DNA of 64,000 nucleotides, from the IMG/VR virus record IMGVR_UViG_3300028601_000027, positions 24,898 to 88,897 of that record; one strand, 5' to 3'. A program made the translations under genes and the position numbers. The notes under the pieces were generated by a model. It had not been told where the DNA came from. It saw only the letters and a list, made by a program, of their open reading frames with translations, and did not search any database. This DNA comes from a virus (lineage: Duplodnaviria > Caudoviricetes). Shown here in pieces: positions 37,265 to 46,662 of the stretch; the first letter of the stretch is position 1; every line of letters begins with the position of its first letter.

Positions 37265-39643
37265 TTATTTATTTTCTAGTTGTTCTACCTTAGCACTAAG
37301 TTCTTTTACTGATTCAATTAAGTAACCAATAATACCATCGTAGTTAACAGATTTAACACCATCATCATTAGTTGATACTAAGTGTGGTAATATTTCTTCT
37401 AGCTGTTGTGCGATAACACCAGCAGATTTAATTCCATTGTCTTTCCAATTAAATTCTACACCTTCGATTTGATTAATAGTATCAGTAGCTTCAGTAATCT
37501 GAATCACATCAGTTTTAAAGTTAATATCAGATAGAGAATTAAACTCAGTAGAATTGAGTGTACCAGTACTAGGATTAAAGTAAAGTTTAGTACTAGAGGT
37601 ATATGCTTCTGTCCATGCACCAGTAGTAGCTCTAGCCATTCCTAAATACTGAGTAGTATCAGTATCAGTATCATCAGTAAGAGTAGCACCACCACTTACA
37701 CCAGTTAGATTAGACCCATCGCCAAAAAAGGCAGTGGCATGGAAATTACCATCGTAATTTAATCTGGCAGTGTTAGTTGGGTCAGTAGTTCCACCATCAA
37801 ACTGACCAGCTACCTTAGTAGTACCATTATAACCTACTGCCCCTACTGTAGTATCACCAGCAGTAATATCGGTTAAGGTAAACTCAGTACCAGTTAGAGT
37901 TAGTCCATCACCAGCAGTGTAAGTAGTGTCACTATCAGCAGGTAGAGTTAGTGCTACTGAACCTACACTAGAAATATGACCTTCAGAATCATAAGTAACA
38001 CTAGGAACATTAAAACTACCACCATAAGATAGCGTTCTGGTAACTCCACCTTCTTCAGCACTTCCAGCTACAATAGAATTAGTGTGGTTAAATGTAGTAC
38101 CATCTAGGGTTAAACCAGTGCCAGCAGTATAAGGTTCACCAGTACTAATACCAGTTAGATTAGACCCATCGCCATAAAAGGCAGTGGCATGGAAATTACC
38201 ATCGTAGTTTAATCTAGTTACATTAGTTGGATCAGTAGTGCCACCATCAAATTGACCAGCTACCTTAGTAGTACCATTATAGTAAACCGCACCAGTAGTA
38301 GTATCACCAGCAGTAATACTAGTTAGTGAGAAAGTAGTACCAGCTAAACTAATACCATCGCCAGCACTATAAGTAGTGTCATTGTCAGTTGGTAACGTTA
38401 GGGAGATAGTTCCAGTACTAGAAATATGACCTTCAGAATCATAAGTAACACTAGGAACATTAAAACTATCACCGAAGGATAATGTTCTAGTAGTTCCACC
38501 TTCTTCAGCAGTTCCCGCTACAATAGTATTAGTATGATTAAATGTAGTACCATCTAGGGTTAAACCAGTACCAGCAGTATAAGTGATACTTTCTCCCGGT
38601 TCCGCACCAGTAATAGTAATCTCGCCAGTAGTAGCATTAGTAGTTAATGTAATGTTAGCGCCACCTACTAGAGTTAGTGTATCATTATTAGAACCAGCAG
38701 TTAAGGTAGGTTGTCCACTAACAGCTACGTTTTTGTAGATGTTTTGTGTAGAACCCTTATCAGTATTAGTTAATGATATTGTTTCAATAGTTCCCTGATT
38801 AGTAGTAAACGCACCAGTTCCACCTAAACCATCAGTTCCACTAATAGTAATTTCTGTGTCGTTTACTGTGGGGATAGTTGGAACATTAGTGAAATTAGTA
38901 TAATCAAGATAATAACTAGGTAGTTCTCCACCTAATGTGTCTGCATCTCCACCACTAATAACAATGTCACCAGAACCTAACACTGATTCACCATTAATAG
39001 TTTTAATGTTAGTACCAGAAACTAATTGTTCTTGGTAAGTACCAAAATCACTAATCTGAGATTCTGTAATACTAATACCAGTAGACTTATCCCATGCTGT
39101 GAAAATTGGGTCAGATTCTTCAGTTACAATAGTCTCAAAGGTAAAAGTACCAACACCATCAGTAGTTAACACTTGTCCATTAGTACCATCTACTATTCCT
39201 AAATCAGTTAGGTCAGTAGGTACATCAATATCTAAATCACCAGCACCTAATACACTAGTACCATTGATAGTTTTAATGTTAGTACCAGAAACTAATTGTT
39301 CTTGATAATCACCGAAATCACTAATCTGAGATTCGGTAATACTAATACCAGTAGATTTATCCCATGCAGTAAACACAGGATCAGATTCAGCATAGTCAGT
39401 AAAGGTAAAAGTACCAGCACCGTCAGTAGTTAACATTTGACCAGCTACACCATCAGTAACCCCTAACTCTGTAATAGTACTAGGGATTTCTGTTTTCTTA
39501 GCTAATCTATACCCACCACTAGTAGTTCCATCATGTAAAATTAAATCTTTTCCTTCAGTGTCAACGAAAAGTTCTGCTTCTGCACCAGTAAAGGCATCAC
39601 TGGTAACTGTATCGCCTCTTCTAAATTGTAATGTTCTTGCCAT
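37265..39643 (-). CDS. Tail fibre protein (gp36-like N-terminus, internal repeats, S74-like chaperone)
   Basis: LQFRRG..FTGAEAELFVDT..HDGTTSGG; QEQLVSGTNIKTING repeats; SLSDINFK...SVNYDGIIGYLIE. Confidence 0.85.
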   Translation of the reverse strand: MARTLQFRRGDTVTSDAFTGAEAELFVDTEGKDLILHDGTTSGGYRLAKKTEIPSTITELGVTDGVAGQMLTTDGAGTFTFTDYAESDPVFTAWDKSTGISITESQISDFGDYQEQLVSGTNIKTINGTSVLGAGDLDIDVPTDLTDLGIVDGTNGQVLTTDGVGTFTFETIVTEESDPIFTAWDKSTGISITESQISDFGTYQEQLVSGTNIKTINGESVLGSGDIVISGGDADTLGGELPSYYLDYTNFTNVPTIPTVNDTEITISGTDGLGGTGAFTTNQGTIETISLTNTDKGSTQNIYKNVAVSGQPTLTAGSNNDTLTLVGGANITLTTNATTGEITITGAEPGESITYTAGTGLTLDGTTFNHTNTIVAGTAEEGGTTRTLSFGDSFNVPSVTYDSEGHISSTGTISLTLPTDNDTTYSAGDGISLAGTTFSLTSITAGDTTTGAVYYNGTTKVAGQFDGGTTDPTNVTRLNYDGNFHATAFYGDGSNLTGISTGEPYTAGTGLTLDGTTFNHTNSIVAGSAEEGGVTRTLSYGGSFNVPSVTYDSEGHISSVGSVALTLPADSDTTYTAGDGLTLTGTEFTLTDITAGDTTVGAVGYNGTTKVAGQFDGGTTDPTNTARLNYDGNFHATAFFGDGSNLTGVSGGATLTDDTDTDTTQYLGMARATTGAWTEAYTSSTKLYFNPSTGTLNSTEFNSLSDINFKTDVIQITEATDTINQIEGVEFNWKDNGIKSAGVIAQQLEEILPHLVSTNDDGVKSVNYDGIIGYLIESVKELSAKVEQLENK

Positions 39644-39665
39644 TGTTTATACTCCTTATTGGTAA

Positions 39666-40211
39666 TTATATTGTCATCAAGTCAACATCTGTTCCATCAT
39701 CATTTTCTAAATCTATAGTATAGTCCATTAACATTAAGTCACCGGGAAATGGTACATAATGACTGCCACTATTAGATAACGTATTCTTCTTAAAATTTAT
39801 ATATGTTTCGGGGAAAATAACATCACACGACAAAACAATGTTACCATCCACTATTTCCGCTAGAAAAGTTCCTACTGGTTGATCTACTAAAGTATCACCT
39901 AATTGAGTAACATACACTGAAAAATCATCATGAATTAAATTTAATTGTGCAAATTGATATCCACCTTCAGAAGCTAATTGGATATCGTATGCAATACTTC
40001 TTGCTTCTAAGATAGGAACAGTATCAATAACATTAACACCAGATTGTTCAGTTATTACGGTATATTCTGGTATTTCGCCACTAGCACCCGGTGGACCGGG
40101 TGCGCCTATTCTGCATATTTCTACTGTTCTACCCCCTACCGAAGTGACAAACGTTGACATATATTTCTCCTTGTTTTTATTAGTATTTATCTTAATAGGG
40201 GGCATCCCCAT
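39666..40211 (-). CDS. Putative virion structural protein (real start likely ATG 40160)
   Basis: Late motif at 40184; short GPPG collagen-like stretch. Confidence 0.55.
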   Translation of the reverse strand: MGMPPIKINTNKNKEKYMSTFVTSVGGRTVEICRIGAPGPPGASGEIPEYTVITEQSGVNVIDTVPILEARSIAYDIQLASEGGYQFAQLNLIHDDFSVYVTQLGDTLVDQPVGTFLAEIVDGNIVLSCDVIFPETYINFKKNTLSNSGSHYVPFPGDLMLMDYTIDLENDDGTDVDLMTI

Positions 40212-40275
40212 TTTTGTTCTTAATGGTAGTTAGGGATTATGTGTTGCCTTGTAGTTATTTATCCCAACTGAAATT

Positions 40276-40436
40276 TTAATCTAATAAATCACTGACCTTT
40301 TCATCATCCCAAAACCTACAACTCCAATAACTAGGTTCCCATTTATTAGGCTTATCAGTGTCACATTTATGCCTAGCCCTAAACGCTTTTCTCCCTGATA
40401 TTCAAATTCCAACATGTATTCCTTAAACGATTTTAT
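40276..40436 (-). pseudogene. Decayed internal-head-type protein gene (ATA start, frameshift)
   Basis: IKSFKEYMLEFEYQGEKR, then shifted frame FRARHKCDT...YWSCRFW; GAGGAG RBS; late motif at 40472. Confidence 0.55.
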
Positions 40437-40543
40437 ATTCTCCTCTATAGTTATAAGTTTACACTTTTAGTTATTTATCCCAATACAAAAAAGCCCCAAC
40501 CTCAAGAAGAGATTAGGGCTAAATTGCTATTATTTAGTTTTTG

Positions 40544-41884
40544 TTATCCGAATAATTCTTTCTGTACCTTACAATAAACATCATCCCAATCCTTATGTTT
40601 AGTTTGTCGGTATACACTAAGATTATCATCGTACCATTTACTATCACCTAACCATACATAATAACTAGCGATAGGTGGACAAACAATACCATCAACACCC
40701 ATACTTCCTACCATGTGTGCAATACTAGTACAACTAGTAACTACCTTGTCACACAACCATATAATAGCTAATGTATCCTCTAGATTTTCAATTTTATCCC
40801 CACAATTAAATAACCATTCCTGATTAAATTCTTCTTCTAGTTGTAGGTTTATCTTAGTTCCTTTAAACTCTAAGTTTTCAATGAAACTTAGGGGTAAACT
40901 CCTATGTAGGTCTTGGTCGTATGCAGGATTACCAGACCACTTAACTCCTAGCTTCCTACCTTCTGGTAAAATCTTAGACCACTTATCAATGAATTCCTGA
41001 CTAGGTTTAATGTAAGCACCATCCCATAATTCGTTTTTATCTAGGTCTAATACTATTGGTAAGAACATAGCCATTACCTGAAATGTATTTTCTCGTTCTT
41101 CTATATCATTAATATTAGTAACTGTCTTATAACCATTACGGTTAAATGGTTCTACTAATTGAGAATGACCAGTTACCCAAATAGGCTCCATCCCCATTTT
41201 CTTAATATTGTTCATAAAGCGTACATTAATGATTTCATCACCTATGCCACCTTCACCTAATACTATTACTTGTTTACCTTCTACTTGTTCACCATTCCAC
41301 CATTCTACTCCTTCAATTTCCTTATGTGTCCAAATATTAATCTTATGTCCTACCTCAATAAAACCTTTCATACCTTCCTTAAACTTACCAGCTTCTAAAT
41401 CATAACTACCTAAGTTGTATTGAATCCTACCCTTAATATTATCTGGTATATCATCAATAGTAATTAATTCTCGCATCATCTTTTCCGAAGTAGTATACTC
41501 CCCTTTCAGATAATGACTAAACGCAATCTCCATCTGAGTGTTAAAGTCAATCTGATTATCCTCTAACATTTCTACATTTGCATTAGATTGGATTAGGGAA
41601 TTATCAGGATCATTTAGGTGATTATAAATCTTAGCCATATTAGCCCTAATGGAGTACATTTGTTCTGGAGATGTAGCTACACTTAGACACTTCTTTAGAT
41701 TTTTAACTGAACCTTCATAGTCCTTAATTTCGTTTTGTAGATAAGCAATTTCATCTAGGTCAGCCACATCATAAGAGTACTTACCAACTATATCTAATAG
41801 TGTTTTAGCACTCTCTAAATCTCCACTAGTCTTACATGCAAACACTGTTTTCATGATTACAGATTTGTTAATGTCAAAATTCAT
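40544..41884 (-). CDS. TPR-domain glycosyltransferase (GT9-like)
   Basis: TPR-like N-half; GEGGIGDEI..RF, VKWSGNP..DLHRS, LEDTLAII..CDKVVTSCTSIAHMVG. Confidence 0.8.
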   Translation of the reverse strand: MNFDINKSVIMKTVFACKTSGDLESAKTLLDIVGKYSYDVADLDEIAYLQNEIKDYEGSVKNLKKCLSVATSPEQMYSIRANMAKIYNHLNDPDNSLIQSNANVEMLEDNQIDFNTQMEIAFSHYLKGEYTTSEKMMRELITIDDIPDNIKGRIQYNLGSYDLEAGKFKEGMKGFIEVGHKINIWTHKEIEGVEWWNGEQVEGKQVIVLGEGGIGDEIINVRFMNNIKKMGMEPIWVTGHSQLVEPFNRNGYKTVTNINDIEERENTFQVMAMFLPIVLDLDKNELWDGAYIKPSQEFIDKWSKILPEGRKLGVKWSGNPAYDQDLHRSLPLSFIENLEFKGTKINLQLEEEFNQEWLFNCGDKIENLEDTLAIIWLCDKVVTSCTSIAHMVGSMGVDGIVCPPIASYYVWLGDSKWYDDNLSVYRQTKHKDWDDVYCKVQKELFG

Positions 41885-41885
41885 C

Positions 41886-42437
41886 CTATTCTCTTTCTTT
41901 GTTTACCATTAGTTTAACGTGAATTTCCATAGTAGTATTTAATGCTTCTCGGAATAACCTTTCTAGTTCTGACTTATCTAGGGTTTTCTTTAGTTCGTCA
42001 TAGTAGGGATCATGGATAAAGTTAAACCCAACTATTTCAAAATCTACATTGTATCGTAGTCCTAGTGTAGAGGATGAACCATTTCTAGCAATTTCCATTT
42101 GGTTATAGGTTTTTGAGAATAACCTTAGTCCTTCTACTGTTACTGGACGTTTATGAGTAGGGTCATTTAGGAAAATCTCATGGTTAGGATGAGGAACCCT
42201 AATATCAATAATAGCCCCGTTTTTACATACTCGATATAGTTCTTGTAGTAAGTGGAAATAACCTTCTCCTAAATGTTCTAGGATATGGTGTGCAATTACA
42301 TATTCAACAGTGTTATCCTCAAACGGTAAGTTTTCTGTTTCTAGGTTTACTTGATAATCTGGATTAGTATTAGAATCTTGATCCACGTTTACAAAATCTG
42401 GATACCTTTTGTATCCTGCCCCAATGTTAATTTTCAC
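41886..42437 (-). CDS. Class I SAM-dependent methyltransferase (Methyltransf_11-like)
   Basis: INIGAG, FVNVD, LPFEDNTV, HHILEHL, ELYRVCK, DPTHKR. Confidence 0.8.
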   Translation of the reverse strand: MKINIGAGYKRYPDFVNVDQDSNTNPDYQVNLETENLPFEDNTVEYVIAHHILEHLGEGYFHLLQELYRVCKNGAIIDIRVPHPNHEIFLNDPTHKRPVTVEGLRLFSKTYNQMEIARNGSSSTLGLRYNVDFEIVGFNFIHDPYYDELKKTLDKSELERLFREALNTTMEIHVKLMVNKERE

Positions 42438-42465
42438 TTTACTTATCCTTTAGTTAGTAGAAAAT

Positions 42466-42519
42466 AAAAAGACTACCTGATAATAACATTATAGTAATGC
42501 GTTGTCAAGTAGTCTTTTT
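42466..42519. terminator. Bidirectional-type terminator with a whole promoter inside its loop
   Basis: aaaaagactac/gtagtcttttt inverted repeat; minus-strand TTGACA 42503-42508, 17 bp, TATTAT 42480-42485. Confidence 0.7.
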
Positions 42520-42543
42520 TTGGCTTTTAACTAGTTGTTAATA

Positions 42544-43206
42544 CTAAACTGGTTCTTCAGGTGTTTCTACTAAGTCAGGATGAATAGTATCAATTAACTT
42601 GAGTGCGTCTAATGTATCCTCAGCCGCATCTAGTTCTGCATGTTTAGTAGCTTCCCATTCGAAAGCGGATTGTACATGTGATACTACAGTGTTTACGATG
42701 TTTTGTAAATCAGTTTTATCTACTGTGACGAATTTTTCACCCTTAAACTTAAATGTAACTGTAGTTCCATCAGGAACAGTTAACAGTGCATCTAGGTAAG
42801 CATTACGGTCTTCTCTATTAGTGTACAACTCTACTTCTGTACCATCAGCAAAAGTAAAATTAGCCCCACCAGTTTCTACTTTGTAACGATCACTTGTTAC
42901 TTGTTGTTTTAGTTTACTTCTAGCACCAGAAACACTATTAGGATTTACTAGATATTCTGATTCTACACGATCATCAAAGATAGTCCTATAAGGACCAGAT
43001 AGTTGCTCAAATACGGGGTCGTATGTTGGGTAAATTGTGTTAACTGGTAATAGTTTATAAGTGTCTGTTACTAATGGTTCTTTTGGTGCGTACTTAGGGA
43101 AATCGCTATAATCTAAGTCATTGTTTACGAAATACCTAACGAACATTGAATATTTCCAAGCACGAGGACCAAATACAATTTTGTTGTCTACTATTAGTGC
43201 GTACAT
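42544..43206 (-). CDS. Tail-fibre assembly-type protein (DUF4376-like C-terminus)
   Basis: KQQVTSDRYKVETGG...TFKFK..FVTVD..L..IV..V..HVQSAFEWEA. Confidence 0.7.
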   Translation of the reverse strand: MYALIVDNKIVFGPRAWKYSMFVRYFVNNDLDYSDFPKYAPKEPLVTDTYKLLPVNTIYPTYDPVFEQLSGPYRTIFDDRVESEYLVNPNSVSGARSKLKQQVTSDRYKVETGGANFTFADGTEVELYTNREDRNAYLDALLTVPDGTTVTFKFKGEKFVTVDKTDLQNIVNTVVSHVQSAFEWEATKHAELDAAEDTLDALKLIDTIHPDLVETPEEPV

Positions 43207-43308
43207 AAGTTTTTACTCCTTTGTTTTATTTGTTTATGATTATTTTAGTTTAATCGTTCTATTGCTTCCGCCTTCGCTACAGCCACTAAGAGTGTAGAGT
43301 TTAGATAC

Positions 43309-43327
43309 GTACAGTATCCTACTGTAC
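43309..43327 (-). promoter_or_regulatory. DGR target-recognition hairpin (8-bp stem, GGA loop)
   Basis: GTACAGTA-GGA-TACTGTAC overlapping the stop codon, just 3' of VR1. Confidence 0.85.
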
Positions 43328-44203
43328 AACTTCAAGAACAGGACGCCACCCAAAAGAAGGATACGTAGTGTTAGCATAAGTAGTAGCGAAGTCAGCTATA
43401 CCATTACGGCCACGAATGACACGGCGAGTAGTATCTAATCCTCGCTCCTGACACAATGTATAAGCACCATCTCCAGTATCTTTATAAAAAAGATATAATT
43501 CTGCATTTGTGAAATTAGCCCAATTTGCTCCATCTTGTGGTCCACCATGTCTAGTAGTTTCATAACCACCATCCATACCAATAGTAGGATCAGTACAATT
43601 AGGTACTGCGGTATGTACTCTATACAATAAATCATTCCATTCGCTACCACCACCTGCATCATCTGTACACTGGTGATTATCAACTCCTTCTACAGCAGGA
43701 TCAGTAGCAGAACCAGTCATTAATCTTACTTTATAAGTAACTCCACCATACATAACTTCTGCATTTTGTGGTGTTGATCCTGTAGGACCATTATCACCAG
43801 TACCGTATACAGCACCCGCTAAGTAAATATCATTCCATGATAAGTTATATCTTAGAGTTTTCTTAGCAATAAATATTATTTTAGCAACACCATCTTTATT
43901 GCAGTCTGCATTTGGTCCAACATAGAACTTTAGCCATCCAGCATCGGAATTAAATGCGGTTCCCGCAGTCAATCCGATATCAGCGGCAAGGGTAACACCA
44001 TCTACTAATTCAGTAGAAGTAACTAATCCCATATAACCAGTATCGGTAGTTTCATCGTAATTACCAGCGGCAACCATATCATCGTAGTTACCACCCGGAG
44101 AAATATAAGTACCACCCGGACCCAAATCAACTTCCCACCATTGCACATATTTTTCCTCAAACAACTTTCCTTCTTCACCAGAATTATATTTATAATCTGC
44201 CAT
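43319..44203 (-). CDS. DGR remote target protein (putative C-type-lectin-fold receptor-binding protein)
   Basis: C-terminus carries VR1; NSDAGWLKF, AKKTLRYNLSW, SEWNDL, GWRPVL; lies in tail cluster. Confidence 0.85.
   Translation of the reverse strand: MADYKYNSGEEGKLFEEKYVQWWEVDLGPGGTYISPGGNYDDMVAAGNYDETTDTGYMGLVTSTELVDGVTLAADIGLTAGTAFNSDAGWLKFYVGPNADCNKDGVAKIIFIAKKTLRYNLSWNDIYLAGAVYGTGDNGPTGSTPQNAEVMYGGVTYKVRLMTGSATDPAVEGVDNHQCTDDAGGGSEWNDLLYRVHTAVPNCTDPTIGMDGGYETTRHGGPQDGANWANFTNAELYLFYKDTGDGAYTLCQERGLDTTRRVIRGRNGIADFATTYANTTYPSFGWRPVLEVVQ
43339..43426 (-). repeat. DGR variable repeat VR1
   Basis: 88 bp; 14 mismatches to TR, all at TR adenines; no indels. Confidence 0.97.
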
Positions 44204-44216
44204 CTAATTTTCTCCT

Positions 44217-44633
44217 TTAGTTTATCTCTGTATCTACTAACAGATATAATAAGTTTTCATTTATATCCCTATTTAGTGTTTCAATAGTGCCATCATAAAA
44301 TTCTAATTCAAATTCAACCCTAAATGGACCACCAGCCCTCAAATCGCCTTCCTGAAAATCAGTCCACACTATTCCGTTTTGCTCATCAACCACTTCACAA
44401 TTAACAGTTACTATTTCCTCAGCAGTCACTACTTCATCATCAACTACATTCTCTACTATATATTTAATGTGCATCTCAGCTTTAGCTAAAGTTCCATTAC
44501 TCAAGTCTTGGTCTAAATTTAATTGTAAGTTAGTGGTATCATTTTCCACTAATCTAAATTGTGGTTCTATTTCTGGTTCTCTTAGGGCTTCAGCTTCCCT
44601 AGCCAACATATCCTGAAAACAAGTTGTAGCCAT
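44217..44633 (-). CDS. BppU-like baseplate upper-protein domain
   Basis: GIVWTDFQEGDL..GGPFRVEFELEFYDGTIETL. Confidence 0.6.
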   Translation of the reverse strand: MATTCFQDMLAREAEALREPEIEPQFRLVENDTTNLQLNLDQDLSNGTLAKAEMHIKYIVENVVDDEVVTAEEIVTVNCEVVDEQNGIVWTDFQEGDLRAGGPFRVEFELEFYDGTIETLNRDINENLLYLLVDTEIN

Positions 44634-44645
44634 GATAGCACCTCC

Positions 44646-45005
44646 TTAATGATAAGCGCCATCAATAGAAAATTCCACATTAATGTCACCATCTACTAAT
44701 CCAGTAAATTCTAATATTACACTTTCTTCATTGAAACTAATAGGAATAGGGAAACGATACTTAGCGCCACCATCGAAAGTGTATTCACTAACTTTTAACA
44801 ATCCACCTTCATTAGTGACATTATAGTAATAATCTTCCCCTACCTTTTCCTCATTATATTTAACCTTCATTGCTACAGTATCAGAACCACCAGCAACATA
44901 ATCAATATATGCTACTACCCCAATACCCTTAGCGGTTCCTTGGTTTAAGTATTCGTAAACAATAGTATCACCTACTACTGTTCCAGTTTCGCTAGTTAAT
45001 GCCAT
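44646..45005 (-). CDS. Putative virion protein
   Basis: Beta-rich ORF downstream of late motif 45041. Confidence 0.55.
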   Translation of the reverse strand: MALTSETGTVVGDTIVYEYLNQGTAKGIGVVAYIDYVAGGSDTVAMKVKYNEEKVGEDYYYNVTNEGGLLKVSEYTFDGGAKYRFPIPISFNEESVILEFTGLVDGDINVEFSIDGAYH

Positions 45006-45112
45006 ATTATCCCCCTACGTTTAAGTTGTTGTTTTATTATTATTTATCCTAAACAAAACCCCTACCTAAAAACTAAGTAGGGGCTAAGTTGATTACAATT
45101 CATACTTACAGA

Positions 45113-45391
45113 TTATTGTAATTTCTTAAGGTTTTGTACTGCAATCTCAATAGCCGCATTGATTAGACTAGCCTTAGCTTCTACACCTTTTTGTTTAAGG
45201 TCTTTCTCAATCCTATCAAATGCTACTTCTCGTTTCTCACTAGAAGTTAAATCAGCATTAACCAAATCTCTTACAGTATCCATAGCAATATCTAATACTA
45301 TCTTACCAGTAGCACCAAGAAAGCTAACCACTAGTGGTTTAATGTAGCCCCAAATTCCACCCATAAACAGTTTAATTGCATCAAACATCAT
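45113..45391 (-). CDS. Holin-like protein (LL-H-like)
   Basis: Amphipathic N-half; EKREVAF...INAAIEIAV. Confidence 0.5.
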   Translation of the reverse strand: MMFDAIKLFMGGIWGYIKPLVVSFLGATGKIVLDIAMDTVRDLVNADLTSSEKREVAFDRIEKDLKQKGVEAKASLINAAIEIAVQNLKKLQ

Positions 45392-45501
45392 TTCCTCCTA
45401 AATAGTTTTTTGAAAAAGTTAATAACAACATACTCCCAATCTACACGCCATTTCTTATTGTAGCTGAAATCAGGAATCTTAATTTTATCTTTTAGACTCA
45501 T
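45388..45501 (-). CDS. Small protein (37 aa, below track cutoff)
   Basis: MSLKDKIKIP...FRRK; AGGAGG RBS; late motif 45518; ATGA overlap. Confidence 0.5.
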   Translation of the reverse strand: MSLKDKIKIPDFSYNKKWRVDWEYVVINFFKKLFRRK

Positions 45502-45607
45502 TTGTTCCTCCTAATACTATTTATCCCTAAACACAAAAAGGATACTCAACTAAGAGTACCCTTTTTATATGTATACATATCATATACAACAATATAAAAT
45601 TAATATA

Positions 45608-45835
45608 CTATTTCTCCTTGAAACTAGGGGTTACACTAGTAGTTTCCTTGAAGGAATTGAAAATACCTAGCATCATTAATACTGAAGGTAATAGTTGTGC
45701 TACTACTATTAATGCACAGAACCCTAGAAACATCCACACTAGAAGTCCTGAATGGTCTACTCTGCCTACTGTAGAGGCGATTGCGGGGGTTACACTAACT
45801 AGACTTAAAATAATTGCTAACATTAGTTTTTTCAT
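45608..45835 (-). CDS. Small membrane protein resembling a Desulfuromonadales/Geobacter family
   Basis: Signal peptide then HSGLLVWMFLGFCALIVVAQLLP. Confidence 0.6.
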   Translation of the reverse strand: MKKLMLAIILSLVSVTPAIASTVGRVDHSGLLVWMFLGFCALIVVAQLLPSVLMMLGIFNSFKETTSVTPSFKEK

Positions 45836-46029
45836 TTTCTTACTCCTTTTATATTAAGATAATTATTATTTACCCTAATACCATTGCAGTAACTATGCCA
45901 ATATTGGAGTGAAGGGGCTAACTTACATCTAAGTAAGAACTCATTGCTACAGGGATAACAGTTAAACCATGTAACTTATTGGTTTGATTAGTATTTTCGT
46001 AATCAAAATTTAAGCAACCACAATAATCT

Positions 46030-46398
46030 TCAAACATCATTCTCTCCTTCATCCCTAGATAAACCTAGTAATTCCCTAGTGTATTCATAAGTTACTATTC
46101 CATGTTCCATTCGTACATTCTTAAATGTACCATCAGAAATACTATGATGTATAGCGCAATTATCACAATCACCAGTAACATTTAAATAACTACTATTAAT
46201 AGTCATGTTAGTTAAGTTGATAGGTTTATCTGTCATGTTCACAATTATACTATTAACTAGTACTACATCAGTTAAAACGAAATCCCCATCTACTACGCAA
46301 TCATCAATTACACAAAGACCGTGTTCTTCTACGTTCCCATTAATGTAATTTTCCTCTACATTTACCTCAACATATACTACACTGTATTCTACTTTCAT
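46030..46398 (-). CDS. Beta-helix-like hypothetical protein
   Basis: V/I-x-N/D-S/C repeats; paralog of 46408-46647. Confidence 0.55.
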   Translation of the reverse strand: MKVEYSVVYVEVNVEENYINGNVEEHGLCVIDDCVVDGDFVLTDVVLVNSIIVNMTDKPINLTNMTINSSYLNVTGDCDNCAIHHSISDGTFKNVRMEHGIVTYEYTRELLGLSRDEGENDV

Positions 46399-46407
46399 CT
46401 TAATCCC

Positions 46408-46647
46408 CTATTCAATAAACCTAAGTAGCTTACCATTTTCAATCTTCACATTACGATAACTATCATTAGATTTAGTGTCTATTATAGTAGAGTTAACACA
46501 ATCCTTACTAATGTTCAACTCACTATTGATAATCATGCAATTATTCAAAAACAAAACATGATCAGTTTCATTAGTGATAACAGAATCGACTATTGTGCAA
46601 TTTTCCTCAACTATCTTACCAACAAATTTAGAATCATATAATGGCAT
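46408..46647 (-). CDS. Beta-helix-like hypothetical protein
   Basis: NCTIVDSVI..NCMIINSEL aligns with upstream paralog. Confidence 0.55.
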   Translation of the reverse strand: MPLYDSKFVGKIVEENCTIVDSVITNETDHVLFLNNCMIINSELNISKDCVNSTIIDTKSNDSYRNVKIENGKLLRFIE

Positions 46648-46662
46648 CTCAAATCTCCTTGT

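Noticed and set aside
43435-43683. Alternate-frame minus-strand ORFs nested in larger genes (also 48245-48514, 57610-57819, 26482-26733)
   Set aside because: Fully inside well-supported genes in another frame; no independent signals
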